Notes: a model not told the origin generated them from the letters alone. Shown: positions 51,510 to 63,884, counted from the first letter of the stretch. The stretch: DNA of 64,000 nt from Eremomyces bilateralis CBS 781.70 (GCA_010015585.1 ML975149.1); one strand, 5' to 3'. Translations and numbers: made by a program.

Positions 51510-53625
51510 TCAAATATCATTGGCCACCTTCTCCACCCACGCAAAGTCGGGATCATACCCAACATGGATGCGTATGGGAAAGGTTCCTGAAATATCCCGG
51601 TACAAAACCTCACGCGTCCCATCCCCTCCACTCTTGATCTTTTCCGCCTTCTTCATCCCCTTCTTCTTCGTTCCCTTCTCCGGTTTTCCGAATTTGGACG
51701 CAACCTCCCATACTTTGTAGGTCACGGATACGCGCTGGAGTTTGAAGTGATCCTCCCATATGAACTTTCCACTCCCGCTGCCATCGGCACGAGACAGGAA
51801 ACCATTGACAATGCCAAGTAGGATATTGCGACCAGGCTCATCTGGCTGAGGATGCCTTGCCCAACTGTCATGGGGGAAGCAGGTGATGGATGTCAGGTTG
51901 GTGCCACGGGAGAGCGCTTCTCCAATTTCATTCTATGTGTGTTAGTACGTTTGGTAGGATTTGACCCGTAGAATAATGGACAATCCCTACAATTTCTGCT
52001 TCTTCTGGTGCAAACTCGAGATCCTGCAATTGAGGCAAGTTATCAATGATAGCCGCCACAGTTGTTGCTGATAGGTATGGAATCTTGCAGCCGCTGACCA
52101 TCCCCTGGTACGATATTTTCAGACTTCTCAGATTTTGATGCTTGAGAATAGCCTGCAACAGCGTGTCCGGCAGTCCAGGATTAGTGGTGATTGTATTCGG
52201 ATATTGATTATAATCCTTGACTTCCAGGGTCGTCAAAGTGTCGAACGCAGAGATGAAGCGACATTTAGCCTCGAAGTTTGTCTGGATATGTTCAGGTGTC
52301 TCCCCGTAGCGGTCATCTGACATCTCCAAGCATAAGCTTCGCAAGCTAATGCCTGTAGCACTATTATGGGACGAGGTTGCTAAGTTCGTAAGATGTTGAA
52401 AGAAGAGGTGTTTGCCATCTGACAAATGTCCAAGTGTGAGCTCACACAACCCCATATAGTCAATGGCCCTTTGCAACGAAGTGATGAAAGTCGCATCAAA
52501 TGAGACGCCACTAAGAGTGAAAGACTTTAAGACGGTAAGACTATACTCTCGTTTCGCAAGAGCATCGTCTGCAGAGACCTTCTTCTCCCAATCTTGCAAA
52601 AAACTGATCGCATAGCCGTTTCCCTTTACGACTAGGCTCCGAAGTGTTGACGTCGAGTTCAGAAGTATGGACTGAACGATGTTATTGTTGAAGCTGCTGT
52701 TCTCAACACTTAAATGCTTCAAGTTCTTGATTTTTGCTAACGGTGTCATGGCTTCAATTTCGGGCTCGTGTAGTCGCAAAGCTTGGATGTTCTTTAGTGA
52801 TGCAATGCTCTGACCCATTGACCTGCGAATTTCGTGAGCAAGCTGCAACTATAACGAGGATGAATATGCAGGGTGTCGACGAAGTACTTACTTTGTAAGA
52901 AAATACACCTCCACAATCTCCAGATTGTTCACATTTTTAAACACCTCTTCCACGTATCTATGGACAATGTACTGATGCTTTCGTCCTGGATCTGCAACAC
53001 CAACCACCATCTCGCGTACATGGGATGCAGAAGCTGGTTTGGCGTTCGCATCGAGGTGGCTTGGATATCGTTCTTGTTGACCTTTGTAATTGCCTTCTTT
53101 CTTCAACTGCCTCTTCTGTGCTATGGTGAGATGTGGTTCAAGGGCACGAATGAGCTTTGAAATGTGCGCGTGAAACATGACAGCGACAGCGACGCGCTTA
53201 TGAAGCAGTGGCATCATGAGCGAATAGTATCTTTTGCAAGTTCGACCCAGTTTGCCTATGGTTGATGGGTCTTTGATCTAGGGTTTTTGAAATTAGTAGA
53301 GTAAGGATATGATGCCTTGAGTTCATCTACTCACGTTGTCTAGAATCAGGAACAGTATTTCTGCCGGCAGAGACGATAGAAGGTCATTGGATGAGCTGAA
53401 CTGGGCTTGAGAAGGCGGCTTGATGCCCTTCCCAAGTGTATTCCCAATTGCCGGTTTTGTCGCTTTTTTCTTTGGCCCGGTACTCCCTTCTGCAGGAGGT
53501 GCTGGAGCTTTACGCTTCTTGTTGTTCCTGACCACTTCAACAGGCGGAGGTCTCTGGACCTCGACTGGTTCCGGGCCATCTTGGGTCACCTGATTTTGAA
53601 GTCTGGTGCTTCTTCTTAATGACAT
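51510..53625 (-). CDS. F-box domain protein with LRR-like C-terminus; exons 53625-53335, 53277-52892, 52822-51991, 51932-51510
   Basis: LSSLPAEILFLILDN/IKDPSTIGKLGRTCKRYY F-box across intron 1, basic NLS-like N-terminus, LxxLxL repeats. Three canonical introns join four ORF-track fragments. Confidence 0.8.
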
Positions 53626-53920
53626 TTTAGTTCGCTTGAAGTTTTTAACCTGGATGTAATGTCAAGGTTAGTGCCGTGTCTAGTTAGGTGAAGTTGTCAA
53701 CTCAACTCTGTCAAGGTGAGGCAGAGCAGCAACGAGGTTAGGCAACCACGCTATCACGTGCTCGCGTGCTGATGGCAAGCCTCCAATCGCCAAGTGCAAA
53801 TATTATATGTATTGATTGAGAGATTCAAAAAGTATGGGAGAATTATGGAGGAGTAAAAGAGTTGAAATAGATATGGTTGGATGGCGATGATTACCAATAA
53901 CCACCTCGGCTTGAGATCGA

Positions 53921-53956
53921 ACGCGTCGAAACGCGACCGAACGCGTCACAGCGCGT
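53921..53956. promoter_or_regulatory. Array of four MCB-like elements (ACGCGT, ACGCGA, ACGCGT, GCGCGT) at 10-bp spacing upstream of MCM6
   Basis: acgcgtcgaa acgcgaccga acgcgtcaca gcgcgt, about 330-360 bp upstream of a DNA replication gene. Confidence 0.75.
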
Positions 53957-54283
53957 CGCACTTGCCAAGCCACATCAGCAGGGGTTAAGGGGATGAGATG
54001 TCGAAATTGTCCAGCCAACTGAAAGCAATGAGGGACGATGCCATTTCATAGTGCACCAACTTATGAGCTACCGTCAAACGGAAGAGAAATCCGTAATTCG
54101 TTATCCCAAAGATCGGAAACTCGGATGAAATAAGATCACCGTTCACAGAGTCCCTTCCCTGACTTCAGGGTCATTGACATCCCCCACGCCGGACCGTAAC
54201 CCCTCCAACTTTGCCAGCATCCACGCCTCGATTTCGAAACGATTCCCATCACACACACAAACAACAGCAACTGATTTGCAACC

Positions 54284-57204
54284 ATGCCTTCTGTCGTTGC
54301 TGAAGCTCCGGGGAGGTCTTCCTCCATGCCTCGTGGCCCCCCTTCGGGGAGCGTTCCCCCTGGAAGCGATGCGCAGTTCTTCGGAGGAGATGACGAGATC
54401 GTCGGTGCGAGAGGGACCGTCAAGAAGCCAGTGGGACCTCGTGGTGAGGTTCAGCGAGTTGTAGATGTGACCGGAGAGACCCTCGCTGAGCGGTTCCAGG
54501 ATTTCCTCGAGTCGTAAGTATATGCGCTGCGGAAAGTTGGATTCCAGATACTGATGATACGCTGCATCCAGATTCGCAGAAGAGTTGTCCTCATCAGGCG
54601 CTCCACCCTCGTCCAGCATGGGAACGGATAAGTTCTACATTGGTCAGATCCACGGAATGAAACTATACAATCTCTCGACGCTCTACGTGGACTTCAAGCA
54701 TTTGGCGAGATATCAAGAAGGCGTCCTGGCAAACGCCATTGTTGCCGAATACTTTCGGTTTTTCCCTTTCATGACCCGGGCTCTGCACAATGTACTTGCG
54801 AAGTACGAGCCACAATACTTCCGACAGCATCGGCAGCCATTGTCAACGACAACGGGCACCGACACGTCACTTGCAGGGGATGCCTCGCAAAGCGATATGT
54901 CACGTAAGACGACGAACCAGCAAACCGATCGCCTCTTCACCATCGCATTCTACAACCTTCCACTCGTTTCACGCATTCGGCAGCTACGCACCAGCAACAT
55001 TGGCCAGCTCTCATCTATCTCCGGCACCGTTACCCGAACCTCAGAGGTGCGACCCGAGCTCTCGCTTGCGACCTTTACCTGCGAAGCATGCAATACGGTG
55101 GTCCCGAATGTGGAGCAGATATTCAGATACACCGAGCCTCCACAATGCCCCAATATGACGTGCGGCAATCGGCAGGGGTGGCGGTTAGACATCCGACAGA
55201 GTACATTTGTGGATTGGCAGAAGGTGCGAATTCAAGAGAACAGTAGCGAGATCCCCACTGGAAGCATGCCACGGACTATGGATGTGATTCTACGCGGAGA
55301 AATCGTCGATCGGGCGAAGGCTGGCGAGAAGTGCATCTTTACCGGCAGCCTCATCGTCGTCCCCGACGTCAGCCAGTTTCGACTCCCTGGAGTTCGTCCT
55401 CAAGGGACAAGGGATAACGGATTCGCACCGAGAGGCACTGACGCCGGCGGAACTGGCGTTACTGGACTAAAGGACCTTGGAGTTCGTGATCTCACATACC
55501 GTATGGCATTCCTTGCTTGTATGGTGACCCCCGATGCGAGTACCCCGGGGCAATCAGCGAATCAAAATATGGTCGGCCAAGCGGGCAACATTCTGGCGTC
55601 CCTGAATCAGGTGCAGCTGTTCGACAGTCTGACAAGCGGAGAAGAGGCACAGCGGGAATTCCTCGCCACCCTTAGTCCACCGGAGATCGAGGATTTGAAA
55701 TATATGGTCCACCGGCCGAATGGATTTATGAGGCTGGTCGACTCGATTGCACCTATGGTGTATGGCCATCAGGTCATCAAGAAGGGGCTCCTTCTACAGT
55801 TGATGGGTGGTGTCAGCAAACAGACCCCCGAAGGAATGGCTCTCCGAGGCGACATTAACATTTGCATTGTGGGGGACCCGAGTACCAGCAAGTCTCAGTT
55901 CCTCAAATACATCTGCTCCTTCCTTCCTCGCGCCGTCTATACTTCTGGAAAAGCCTCGTCCGCGGCTGGTCTCACCGCCGCCGTGATTAAAGACGAGGAA
56001 ACTGGCGAGTTCACCATCGAAGCCGGAGCGCTCATGCTTGCCGACAATGGCATTTGCGCGATCGATGAATTCGACAAGATGGACATCAAAGACCAAGTCG
56101 CCATCCACGAAGCCATGGAACAGCAGACCATTTCCATCGCCAAAGCTGGCATCCAAGCGACCTTGAACGCTCGAACGAGCATTCTCGCCGCCGCCAACCC
56201 GGTCGGCGGCCGCTACAATCGCAAAACCACCCTCCGCGCCAACGTAAACATGTCCGCCCCCATCATGTCCCGATTCGATCTCTTCTTCGTCGTGCTCGAT
56301 GAATGCGACGAGGCCGTCGACCGTCACCTAGCCGACCATATCGTCAACATCCACCGCCTCCGCGACGACGCCGTCGAGCCGGAGTACAGTACCGAACAAC
56401 TACAGCGATACATCCGGTTCGCACGCACATTCCGCCCGGAGTTCAACGACGAGGCAAAACGGACGCTCGTGGAGCGGTATAAGGAGCTGCGACAGGACGA
56501 TGCGCAGGGCGGGATCGGCCGAAACAGCTATCGCATCACGGTGCGGCAGCTGGAGAGCATGATTCGGCTGAGCGAGGGGATCGCGAAGGCGAATTGCGTC
56601 ACGGAGGTCACGAGCGAGTTCGTCCGCGAGGCGTATAATTTGCTGCGGCAGAGCATCATCTCCGTCGAGAAGGACGACGTGGAGGTCGAAGAAGACACGC
56701 AAGAGCCGGAGGACCGGGCCATGGACGGAGCGGACGCTGAGGATGTGGGAGAGGAGGACGATGACTCACCGATGGCCGATGGAGGGGCGGTGGATGGGGC
56801 GCAGGAGCCGGCGAAGGAAAAGACGAAGATCACGTATGACAGGTACATGTCGATTCTGAACCTGTTGGTTCGACGGATTGTCGACGAGGCGGAGGATTTG
56901 GAGGACGGGGTGGAGGAAGAGGAGCTGCTGGTGTGGTATCTGGAGCAAAAGGAAGCGGAGATCGACACGGAGGAGGAACTGGAGTTTGAGAAGGCATTGG
57001 CAAAGAAGGTGTTGAAGCGGATGGTCAAGGTAAGAAGATTGTAGGCTTCTGTGCTCCGGACGATTACTGACGTTGAACTAGGATCAAATCCTCATGCAGA
57101 TCGCAGGCGAAGGGTTGGCAGACCAGCAGGGCGATGGGTTGCAGCAGGAGGACAAGGTTGTCTACGTTCTGCATCCCAATTGCGCGGTCGACGAAGTGGG
57201 ATGA
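54284..57204 (+). CDS. MCM6: DNA replication licensing factor MCM6; exons 54284-54513, 54572-57029, 57082-57204
   Basis: Zn finger CEAC...CPNMTC, ENSSEIPTGSMPRTMDVILRGE, Walker A GDPSTSKSQ, IDEFDKM, SRFD, SYRITVRQLESMIRLSE, C-terminal YVLHPNC. Confidence 0.98.
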
Positions 57205-57935
57205 TTGGATCGTTCTTCGTTACTTGGAGTTTGGACAACGGCTTTGGCCTCAGGTAGGCTGTTTAGTGCGGTATTATAAGGTGTAATGAATGAAGAATGA
57301 ATGAAGAACAGAATCGACGCCTAGAATAGGTATCATGCTTTTGAATGCTCCATACTCAACGGATGAACTCGATAGTACACCATAAACCTACTCCTCAAGA
57401 CTATGTGTCCAAAGTTGTGTCGACCTGTCTAGCGGAAAGGGGATGAAACGGGAATCCGTTCACTACAGCGTGGTGTAGCCAGGCAAGCATGGCAACGATT
57501 TAGGAGATTCCTATGCTCGGAAGGTGTGCCTCACGGCCATTACTATCCTTTCCCCAAGAGGTATTCAGAATTCCAGACCAGTCGACACTAGGACGACTAG
57601 GTGAACCGAAATCCGAGGGACGTCTCACGGGTAGGGCTAGGGAGGAACTAGGAAGAGAATGATGACGTAAGCGGCTAGTTCTAAGTTGCACGTGACCCGA
57701 ATTGTCATCAAAAGCAAGCTCTTCAATTCTTCACAGCTCGAAAATTTTATTCCTTCACAAACACCTATGAAGCCTTCCGCCTACCAATATTCAACGTAGC
57801 CCACAGGTTTGGAGTTGGCCAAAAAATGATGAACTAATGATACAATAAAGTCTTTGCAACTTGACAGCCCGCATCTGGGCACCATCCGCTCGCTTCTGTA
57901 CGTATTTTTACCCTCAGCACCACACCCCCTCCGCA

Positions 57936-58025
57936 TTTGAAATGATTAAGACTCAATATCTGTCAATCCTCTGAGCCTATGGCGAGAATGAAGATACCAA
58001 ATGAGTTGGTCGACTAATGATCAAA
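57936..58025 (+). ncRNA. Box C/D snoRNA, predicted guide for 2'-O-methylation of 18S rRNA U1231 (S. cerevisiae numbering), inside a 5'UTR intron (57898-58091) of SEN34
   Basis: Terminal stem TTTGA(57936-40)/TCAAA(58021-25). Box C ATGATTA 57942-48. 13-nt guide ATCTGTCAATCCT 57958-70 is complementary to conserved 18S AGGAUUGACAGAU. D' CTGA 57971-74, GCC/GGC mini-stem, C' ATGAAGA 57988-94, box D ATGA 58017-20. Flanked by donor GTACGT 57898, branch CTAAT 58076 and CAG 58091. Confidence 0.85.
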
Positions 58026-58121
58026 CCTTCCCTATTATCTTGGAATTATACCGACAGTTTGACAATGATCCCCGGCTAATGCAAAATTCAGATCCACTAC
58101 CCGTGCTCTCTTAAACCAACA

Positions 58122-59096
58122 ATGACTGATTCACCCGACCCCGTATCCCTCCCCATCCCCATCTCCCACCTCGCCCACCGCTACTTCCTCTACTCACCTC
58201 CCAATATCGCCTATCTCCGCCGCCACCACAATGTCTGCGGCGTCCTCATCGGCTCCCTCCCTCAAGTCCCTTCTCAAAACGTCTTCATGGGCCTCCCCCT
58301 CGAGCTGATGCCCGAAGAAGCGCGCGTGCTCGTCGAGCGCGGTGTGGCGTACATCGTCGACGATGTCGCGGCGCATCGAGAAGGGCTAGAGAAGCTGAAG
58401 ACGGCGGACGGGGCGGAGCGGCGGCGGGAGTATATGCGGTTGCTGCGAGATGTGGGGCGAAAGGATGCGGAGGAGGTGATGCGGAAGAAGGAGGAGGTGA
58501 GGCGCGGGGCATTGGAGCGGGCGGCGAAGAAACGGGCTGAGCAGCAGAAGAAGAACGGCGAAGATGTAGGCGCGGAACAACGCGTAGAGGGAGGCGATGC
58601 GCAGGACGTGGATGACGGGACAGAACTATTCTCTCAGCGTTCAGGCAGCGTGGCGTCTAGACCCAGTATCCCAACCGAGTCATACAATTTCATCACCCCC
58701 ACCTCCTCCTCTCCCCTCTTCGACGTCCCTCCGTCCTCCGAGTGCGCCAGTACCTCCCCCGCCGCCATCCCCGTCCCCGACTCGTATCCCCTCTTCGCGC
58801 ACCTCCATGCCAACGGCTACTTCCTCTTCCCCGGCATGCGGTTTGGATGTAATTACGTCGCGTATCCCGGCGACCCGCTGCGGTTCCATTCGCATTTTTT
58901 GTCAAGGGGCGTCAAGTGGAATGAGCAGGTGGACCTACTAGATATCGTGGGAGGAGGACGATTGGGGACAGGTGTTAAGAAAGGGTACTTGCTTGGGGGG
59001 AAGGTAGAGGCTGAGCAGGCCGCGAGAACGCGGGATGGAGATGGGATATCCGAGGACGATGTACGGGTTTTCTCGTTCGAGTGGGCTGGCATGTGA
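58122..59096 (+). CDS. SEN34: tRNA-splicing endonuclease subunit Sen34
   Basis: CGVLIGSLPQVPSQNVFMGLPLELMPEEA and the catalytic region PGMRFGCNYVAYPGDPLRFHSHF...GGGRLGTGVKK. Confidence 0.95.
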   Translation: MTDSPDPVSLPIPISHLAHRYFLYSPPNIAYLRRHHNVCGVLIGSLPQVPSQNVFMGLPLELMPEEARVLVERGVAYIVDDVAAHREGLEKLKTADGAERRREYMRLLRDVGRKDAEEVMRKKEEVRRGALERAAKKRAEQQKKNGEDVGAEQRVEGGDAQDVDDGTELFSQRSGSVASRPSIPTESYNFITPTSSSPLFDVPPSSECASTSPAAIPVPDSYPLFAHLHANGYFLFPGMRFGCNYVAYPGDPLRFHSHFLSRGVKWNEQVDLLDIVGGGRLGTGVKKGYLLGGKVEAEQAARTRDGDGISEDDVRVFSFEWAGM

Positions 59097-59627
59097 GGTC
59101 CATCTCAATCAGCATCGCTTTTTATAATACCTACTGGTTTTCTCATGGAACCTGCGGGACTAAATCATGCGTGAAATTCAATGATTATGATGAATATGCG
59201 ACCCAGAAATCCATCGAGGCTGTTGTGCATGATTGATCCATGATAACCAGACTACATGTGTTCCAAGATCGTGGTTCGTGGCCAACGAATAGCCCAACAG
59301 TTTTGGCTCGCGAGTCACAAAAGGCTACACAAAACCAGTTCTAGCCCGATGTCCGTTGATGCGCTTTGATTGATCGCCACTGTCCTTGCCTTGTATCACA
59401 GCTAACGGTACTGAAGTAAACACTAATAATGCATATTCAGCAACGGCCTCCCTGTCGAATGCTGCGAAGTGCAAAATATCGGAACCCCCCGTCCCGTCCC
59501 GTCCCTATCATCCCTCAACAGCGGCCCGTCCATTTGAATACCCTCGGCCGCAAACCCCAAGCTAAGCCACGTGCGCCATAATACAGGCCCCATCTCCGGT
59601 CGACCGTCGCAAGTGCGTTGGAGTGGA

Positions 59628-62117
59628 CTACATGCCATATCCGGGCGGCATGCCTCGTCCCGGCCCAAATCCACCCGGTCCTTCAAAACCCCGACGGAGC
59701 ATCTCAGGAGGCGGCGGTCCACCAGGCGGTATCCCCGACCCCATGAACCCAGGCGGCGCGCCCCCGGGACCAAAGGGAAAGCCAATGTGCGGCGGCATCC
59801 CAGGCAGGCCGTTCGGAGCGCCCGGGGGCGGGCCTTGGCCGGGCGAAAACAGCGGGGCCATGCCGGGCGGTCCGCCGCGAGGTCCGCCGGGCATGCCGGG
59901 ATGCGGGCCGGGCATTGGCGGCGGCATCCCAGGGGGGAAGCCGGGGGGATGGTTGACGCCCATGCGGTTTCGGAAACCGGGTGGGGGGCCGACGTTGCGG
60001 TCGGGGGGGTTGCTGGGGGGTGGGTGTGCGCCCGCGGGAATTCCGGGCGGCGGGCCGTGGCCCAAGCCGTTTTGTTTGGGATTGGACCAGTACGGGTCTT
60101 GGGGGGGGAGTTGTTGCGGGATGCCGAGATTCATGGTCATCTGTGGTCCGCGGGGGTTGACGGTTTCGGCCGTATTTCGTCGTTGGAGGGCAGCCAGGAC
60201 GTTGTCGTCGAAGAGACCCGGCGGAGGCTGGGGTGCGCCTCGCTGGGATGACTTACGGGAAAGTTCATTGCCGATCGGGTGATCGCCCTCGGAGAAGGCA
60301 TTGGGTCGCTCTTCGAAGAAAGGAGGAAGATTCTGTAGATGGGGACGGTTCTTTGGTGGCATCTGCGGCAACATAGGGCCGGGAGCCGAGTGTTGGCGGT
60401 TAAGGGTGCTATTGCCATTGTTGACTTGACCATGTTGCTGGTCAATTTGCTGCTCAAGCTGCAGATGTGGCGCGTTCGGATGCTGTCGCATAAGATTCAA
60501 AAGAAACTGGCTGTCCTGGTTGAGCAAATGCTGTGGAATACCACCGGCACCATGCAACCCAGCCATGGGTGCAGAAGCGTTTCGGTGCACCGGTTCCTGC
60601 TCTGCTTCCCGCGATCGTCTCTCTCCATGGCCTCCGGGCGGACTTTCACCGTTTATGTTCGGCATGGTTCGAAGCATTTCAGCGGCATCGAATGGATTTC
60701 GACCACCTTGGTTGGGGGAGACAACGGTCTCGTGATCGGCCCCATTACGTCTCACATATTCGGGAGGCGAGTGTACCGTTTCTGATCGACCTGCTGCGTT
60801 CTCCATTGGCGGTGGTCCCCTAGGAGTGAACTGGGCATTCCCACCTGCAGTAGGCTGCGGCGATTTGGATTTGCTGTTGAGCATGGCTAGGATTTTCTGG
60901 AATCCCAGAACATCTTCGTTGGCCTCGGGGAGCGTAGCAACCTCCACAGGAATCTGAGGGGGTTCGGGTCTGAGAGGTGCAGGAGCAGGCTCGTCCTTTG
61001 CCGCGAAGAAACCGGCGAAGCGCGACTTTGACTTGGCTGCCGCATCGATTTTCGGCGTCGGTACAACCTCTGGGCTGTCCACATCCGCCTTCTTCTGGTC
61101 TCCCCAGGTAGAGAACTTATCAAATCCGAGATTCATGTCCTTGATAGAGAGTTTGTCGGCTTGATGGTGTTCCTGTGTCCCAGTAACCACATCTTTCCGA
61201 AGGTTCGACTTCTCATCAACGCTCGGCTTTTGAGCGCGCATTCTCTTCTTCCACTCTTCAAAGTCCTCTGCGGTCTTCGACGACTGTTGCCCGTGATTCT
61301 TCTCCTCTTTGATTGGTTCCTCTGCCATCCACTCCGGGTCTGCTTCGACCCTGACTTCTCGTCCTCGAGTCCATTCGCGATCGTCTCGATGCTCTCGATC
61401 ACGCCAGCCGTCGGTTCGAGAGCGCATTTGGGAAGGCTTCCCTTCAGTGGGTATCTCTTCTCGCCACCTTCCCTGCCCGTTCCGTCGGTCAGAGGGCGCC
61501 TTGTCTCTCCAACCGTTAAGATCCTCAGGGCTCGTTAAATTATCCCATCTCCCCCCACCAGTTCGAGCTTCGCCTTCATTCCTTCCCATTCTACGGCCAT
61601 TTGAAAGCCCGCTAGCATCGCGTGACCGTTCCGGGTCACGCCTTGGCTTTCCAAAGGTATGCCGATCAGATCCCAGCACAAAATCGTCGGACGTAGGAAT
61701 GCCTCTATCGCCGGATTCGTGGCTGCGGGTATTGCCCCTTGCAGTGGATGCAAATGGTGTCCTTGGAGGGCCGAGAAGAAGAAAATCGTCGGCTAGATAA
61801 ACAGTCAGCAAGCATTCAGCAAGAACTTCCGGAACACCAACCTGTTGCAGAGCCTCGTGACTTGTTCTGATGGGGGAAAGGGCGTGACGAGCTATTTTCG
61901 CCCTCATCACCTCGGTTGATGCCAGCTGTTCGTGTCTTGCGTTGGGTGGCGTCGTTTGAAGAACTGTGCAATATGTTAGCCGCTAGATCAAACGGAACGA
62001 AAGCGTATCCGCTCACTCTATCCATTGCTCGATGGATGGGAGAGCGTCCGGTTTGTGTACTAGCGGTGATTCGCGTAATGTGAGCAGCTGCTCTCGTGTG
62101 TATTGGATAAGTGCCAT
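59628..62117 (-). CDS. eIF4E-binding, Pro/Gly-rich protein (Eap1/4E-T-like); exons 62117-62017, 61963-61842, 61792-59628
   Basis: The first exon, missing from the ORF track, encodes MALIQYTREQLLTLRESPLVHKPDALPSIEQWI (YxxxxLphi 4E-binding motif). Then LGPPRTPFAS, DPEWM, DFEEWKKRMR, KSRFAGFF and a PPGF-rich tail. The 3' end is less certain. Confidence 0.7.
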
Positions 62118-62834
62118 CACAGGATTGGGCTCTCGCCCGATGGCGACGAAGAATCGGAGGTTTGGGTCAAGTATTCGGTGGCGGGAAAATGTGTAGGGAA
62201 GGATATGGCGCGAATGAGGATGTTAATCCCCGAGAATGGGGAAATACACAGCCAGCACAGAGCAGTATGCAGACGAGAAAGGCTAGGCCCTCAAGGCTGA
62301 AATCGGAAGAGCAGATGGTGATCGCAGATGCAGAGTGAAGGGGCGAGACGGGAAGACCCTTTGCTTCCACTGAGAGAAGGGTATGGTTGTGACTTTGGTG
62401 AGCGCGCCTGGTGGAAAGAAAACTGGTAGATTTAAGTGGCTGCGGATGTCTGGTTTTGTAGCATGTGAGGTTCTGTGTCGAGAAATGAGTCTTGTTGTAG
62501 CAATTTGACTGGAAGGTTATCGTCTGCTTTGAAGGTTGATGTCTCTCTCTGTCTCTGCCGCTCCGCACCACCAAGGCACGAGTGGGCTTGGCACTGTCCT
62601 GATGCACGTGATTGATTTGTGGCGGAACATTAGTGGAACGGAGCGGAGCGGATATTGTGTTGTCTTGGCACGTCATAGCGGAGCCCTCACGTGACACTCT
62701 GCTCCAGAGCTCCAGCATGCAAGTGAAACTCAAACTTTTGGGAATGGGTTGCTGTCCAACGACAAAATTATCAACCGCTGCGAAACACCACAAAACCTCC
62801 CGGGCCGTTCATCGTACCTGTCATCGTAAGTGCG

Positions 62835-63884
62835 ATGACCACACCATCTTGCGCGCGGAGGTGCCGCTCTAATATCCCTACCCTATTCTCCTCTCCTGTC
62901 GTTTCACATGTCCGTCGCTATACCGCTGGCAAATCCTATCTCCATACTCCTGGGACATCGCCGCATATGAATGGCCTTGTCGGCCGCAGTGGACGGTATC
63001 GGGGCCGGTCGTTTAGCTCATCTCCTCGAGCGCGATCAATTGCTCCTGAATCGCCGAGATTCATCGATATCCCTCAACCTCCCCAGCGGGATGTAGTGAA
63101 AAGGCCCATAGTGAAGGGTGTCCTGCCCGTGCCCCGTCAGGTGTTTCGAAGCAACACTGGAAACAACATGATCGATCCTAAGACGCTATCACTCAGCACA
63201 ATGGAACCTTCGAATCCCGAGCAGGAGTTGGACACCGATACAACGACCCTATCCAGAAGATCGTACAAGGCAAGGGCAGCACAAACGAGAAGGCAAAATC
63301 TACGACAGGGTGTAATGGATCTATATACTCGGCAAGAGACGCAAAGAACGCGTTCGGAGCGAAAACAGGCTGCCATCTTCAAAGCACACAATGCAGCTCG
63401 AGTTGCCCCCGAGCGTGACGACGAGCGATTTACCCGGACCACGGTCCCCCAAGCCGTTTTGGACCTTCTAACGAAGCAGCCTACCTCCGGACGGAAATCG
63501 GATCCCGAAGCCATGGAACGGAGTCGAATGAATTATCAGCGTGACCTCCAGAAGAAATCCGAGCGTCGGCGGGAAGCCCTTCAGTCTCTCTACGTCCATG
63601 CCAGGAATTTCATCGTCAACGAAGCCCAGCTTGACGAAGCCATTGAGAAGACGTTCGGCACCGAAGAGAAACCTATCCGATGGTCTACAGGATCCTGGTC
63701 CAAGTTCGAGACTACAAGCATCTGGGCGATGGGCACGCCAGACACGACGAATGATATGCTTGCGAGGTTGAACCGAGAGGGAGACAGCAAAACCACACAG
63801 AGGATCAGGGACAGGCCAATGGGTACCTCATCGGAACGATTGAAGAAGATTGCCGAGGTTTTGACCGGAGGAAAGTCGACCTAA
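62835..63884 (+). CDS. Probable mitochondrial small-subunit ribosomal protein (mS26-like)
   Basis: Arg/Ser-rich, acid-free presequence ending RSFSSSPRARS. Motifs PESPRFIDIP, VKGVLPVPR, RRQNLRQG, DERFTRTT, LQSLYVHARNFIVNEAQLDEAIE, LTGGK. Confidence 0.6.
   Translation: MTTPSCARRCRSNIPTLFSSPVVSHVRRYTAGKSYLHTPGTSPHMNGLVGRSGRYRGRSFSSSPRARSIAPESPRFIDIPQPPQRDVVKRPIVKGVLPVPRQVFRSNTGNNMIDPKTLSLSTMEPSNPEQELDTDTTTLSRRSYKARAAQTRRQNLRQGVMDLYTRQETQRTRSERKQAAIFKAHNAARVAPERDDERFTRTTVPQAVLDLLTKQPTSGRKSDPEAMERSRMNYQRDLQKKSERRREALQSLYVHARNFIVNEAQLDEAIEKTFGTEEKPIRWSTGSWSKFETTSIWAMGTPDTTNDMLARLNREGDSKTTQRIRDRPMGTSSERLKKIAEVLTGGKST

Noticed and set aside
58017..58057. Second snoRNA (TTGGAATTAT partly complementary to 18S GUAAUUCCAG, before CCGA)
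   Set aside because: The match is short and needs G-U pairs, the +5 position does not hit the known methylated U, and its putative C box overlaps the D box and stem of the first snoRNA
59571..60282. Gly/Pro-rich plus-strand ORFs resembling collagen-like proteins
   Set aside because: Antisense reading of the Pro/Gly-rich tail of the Eap1/4E-T-like gene
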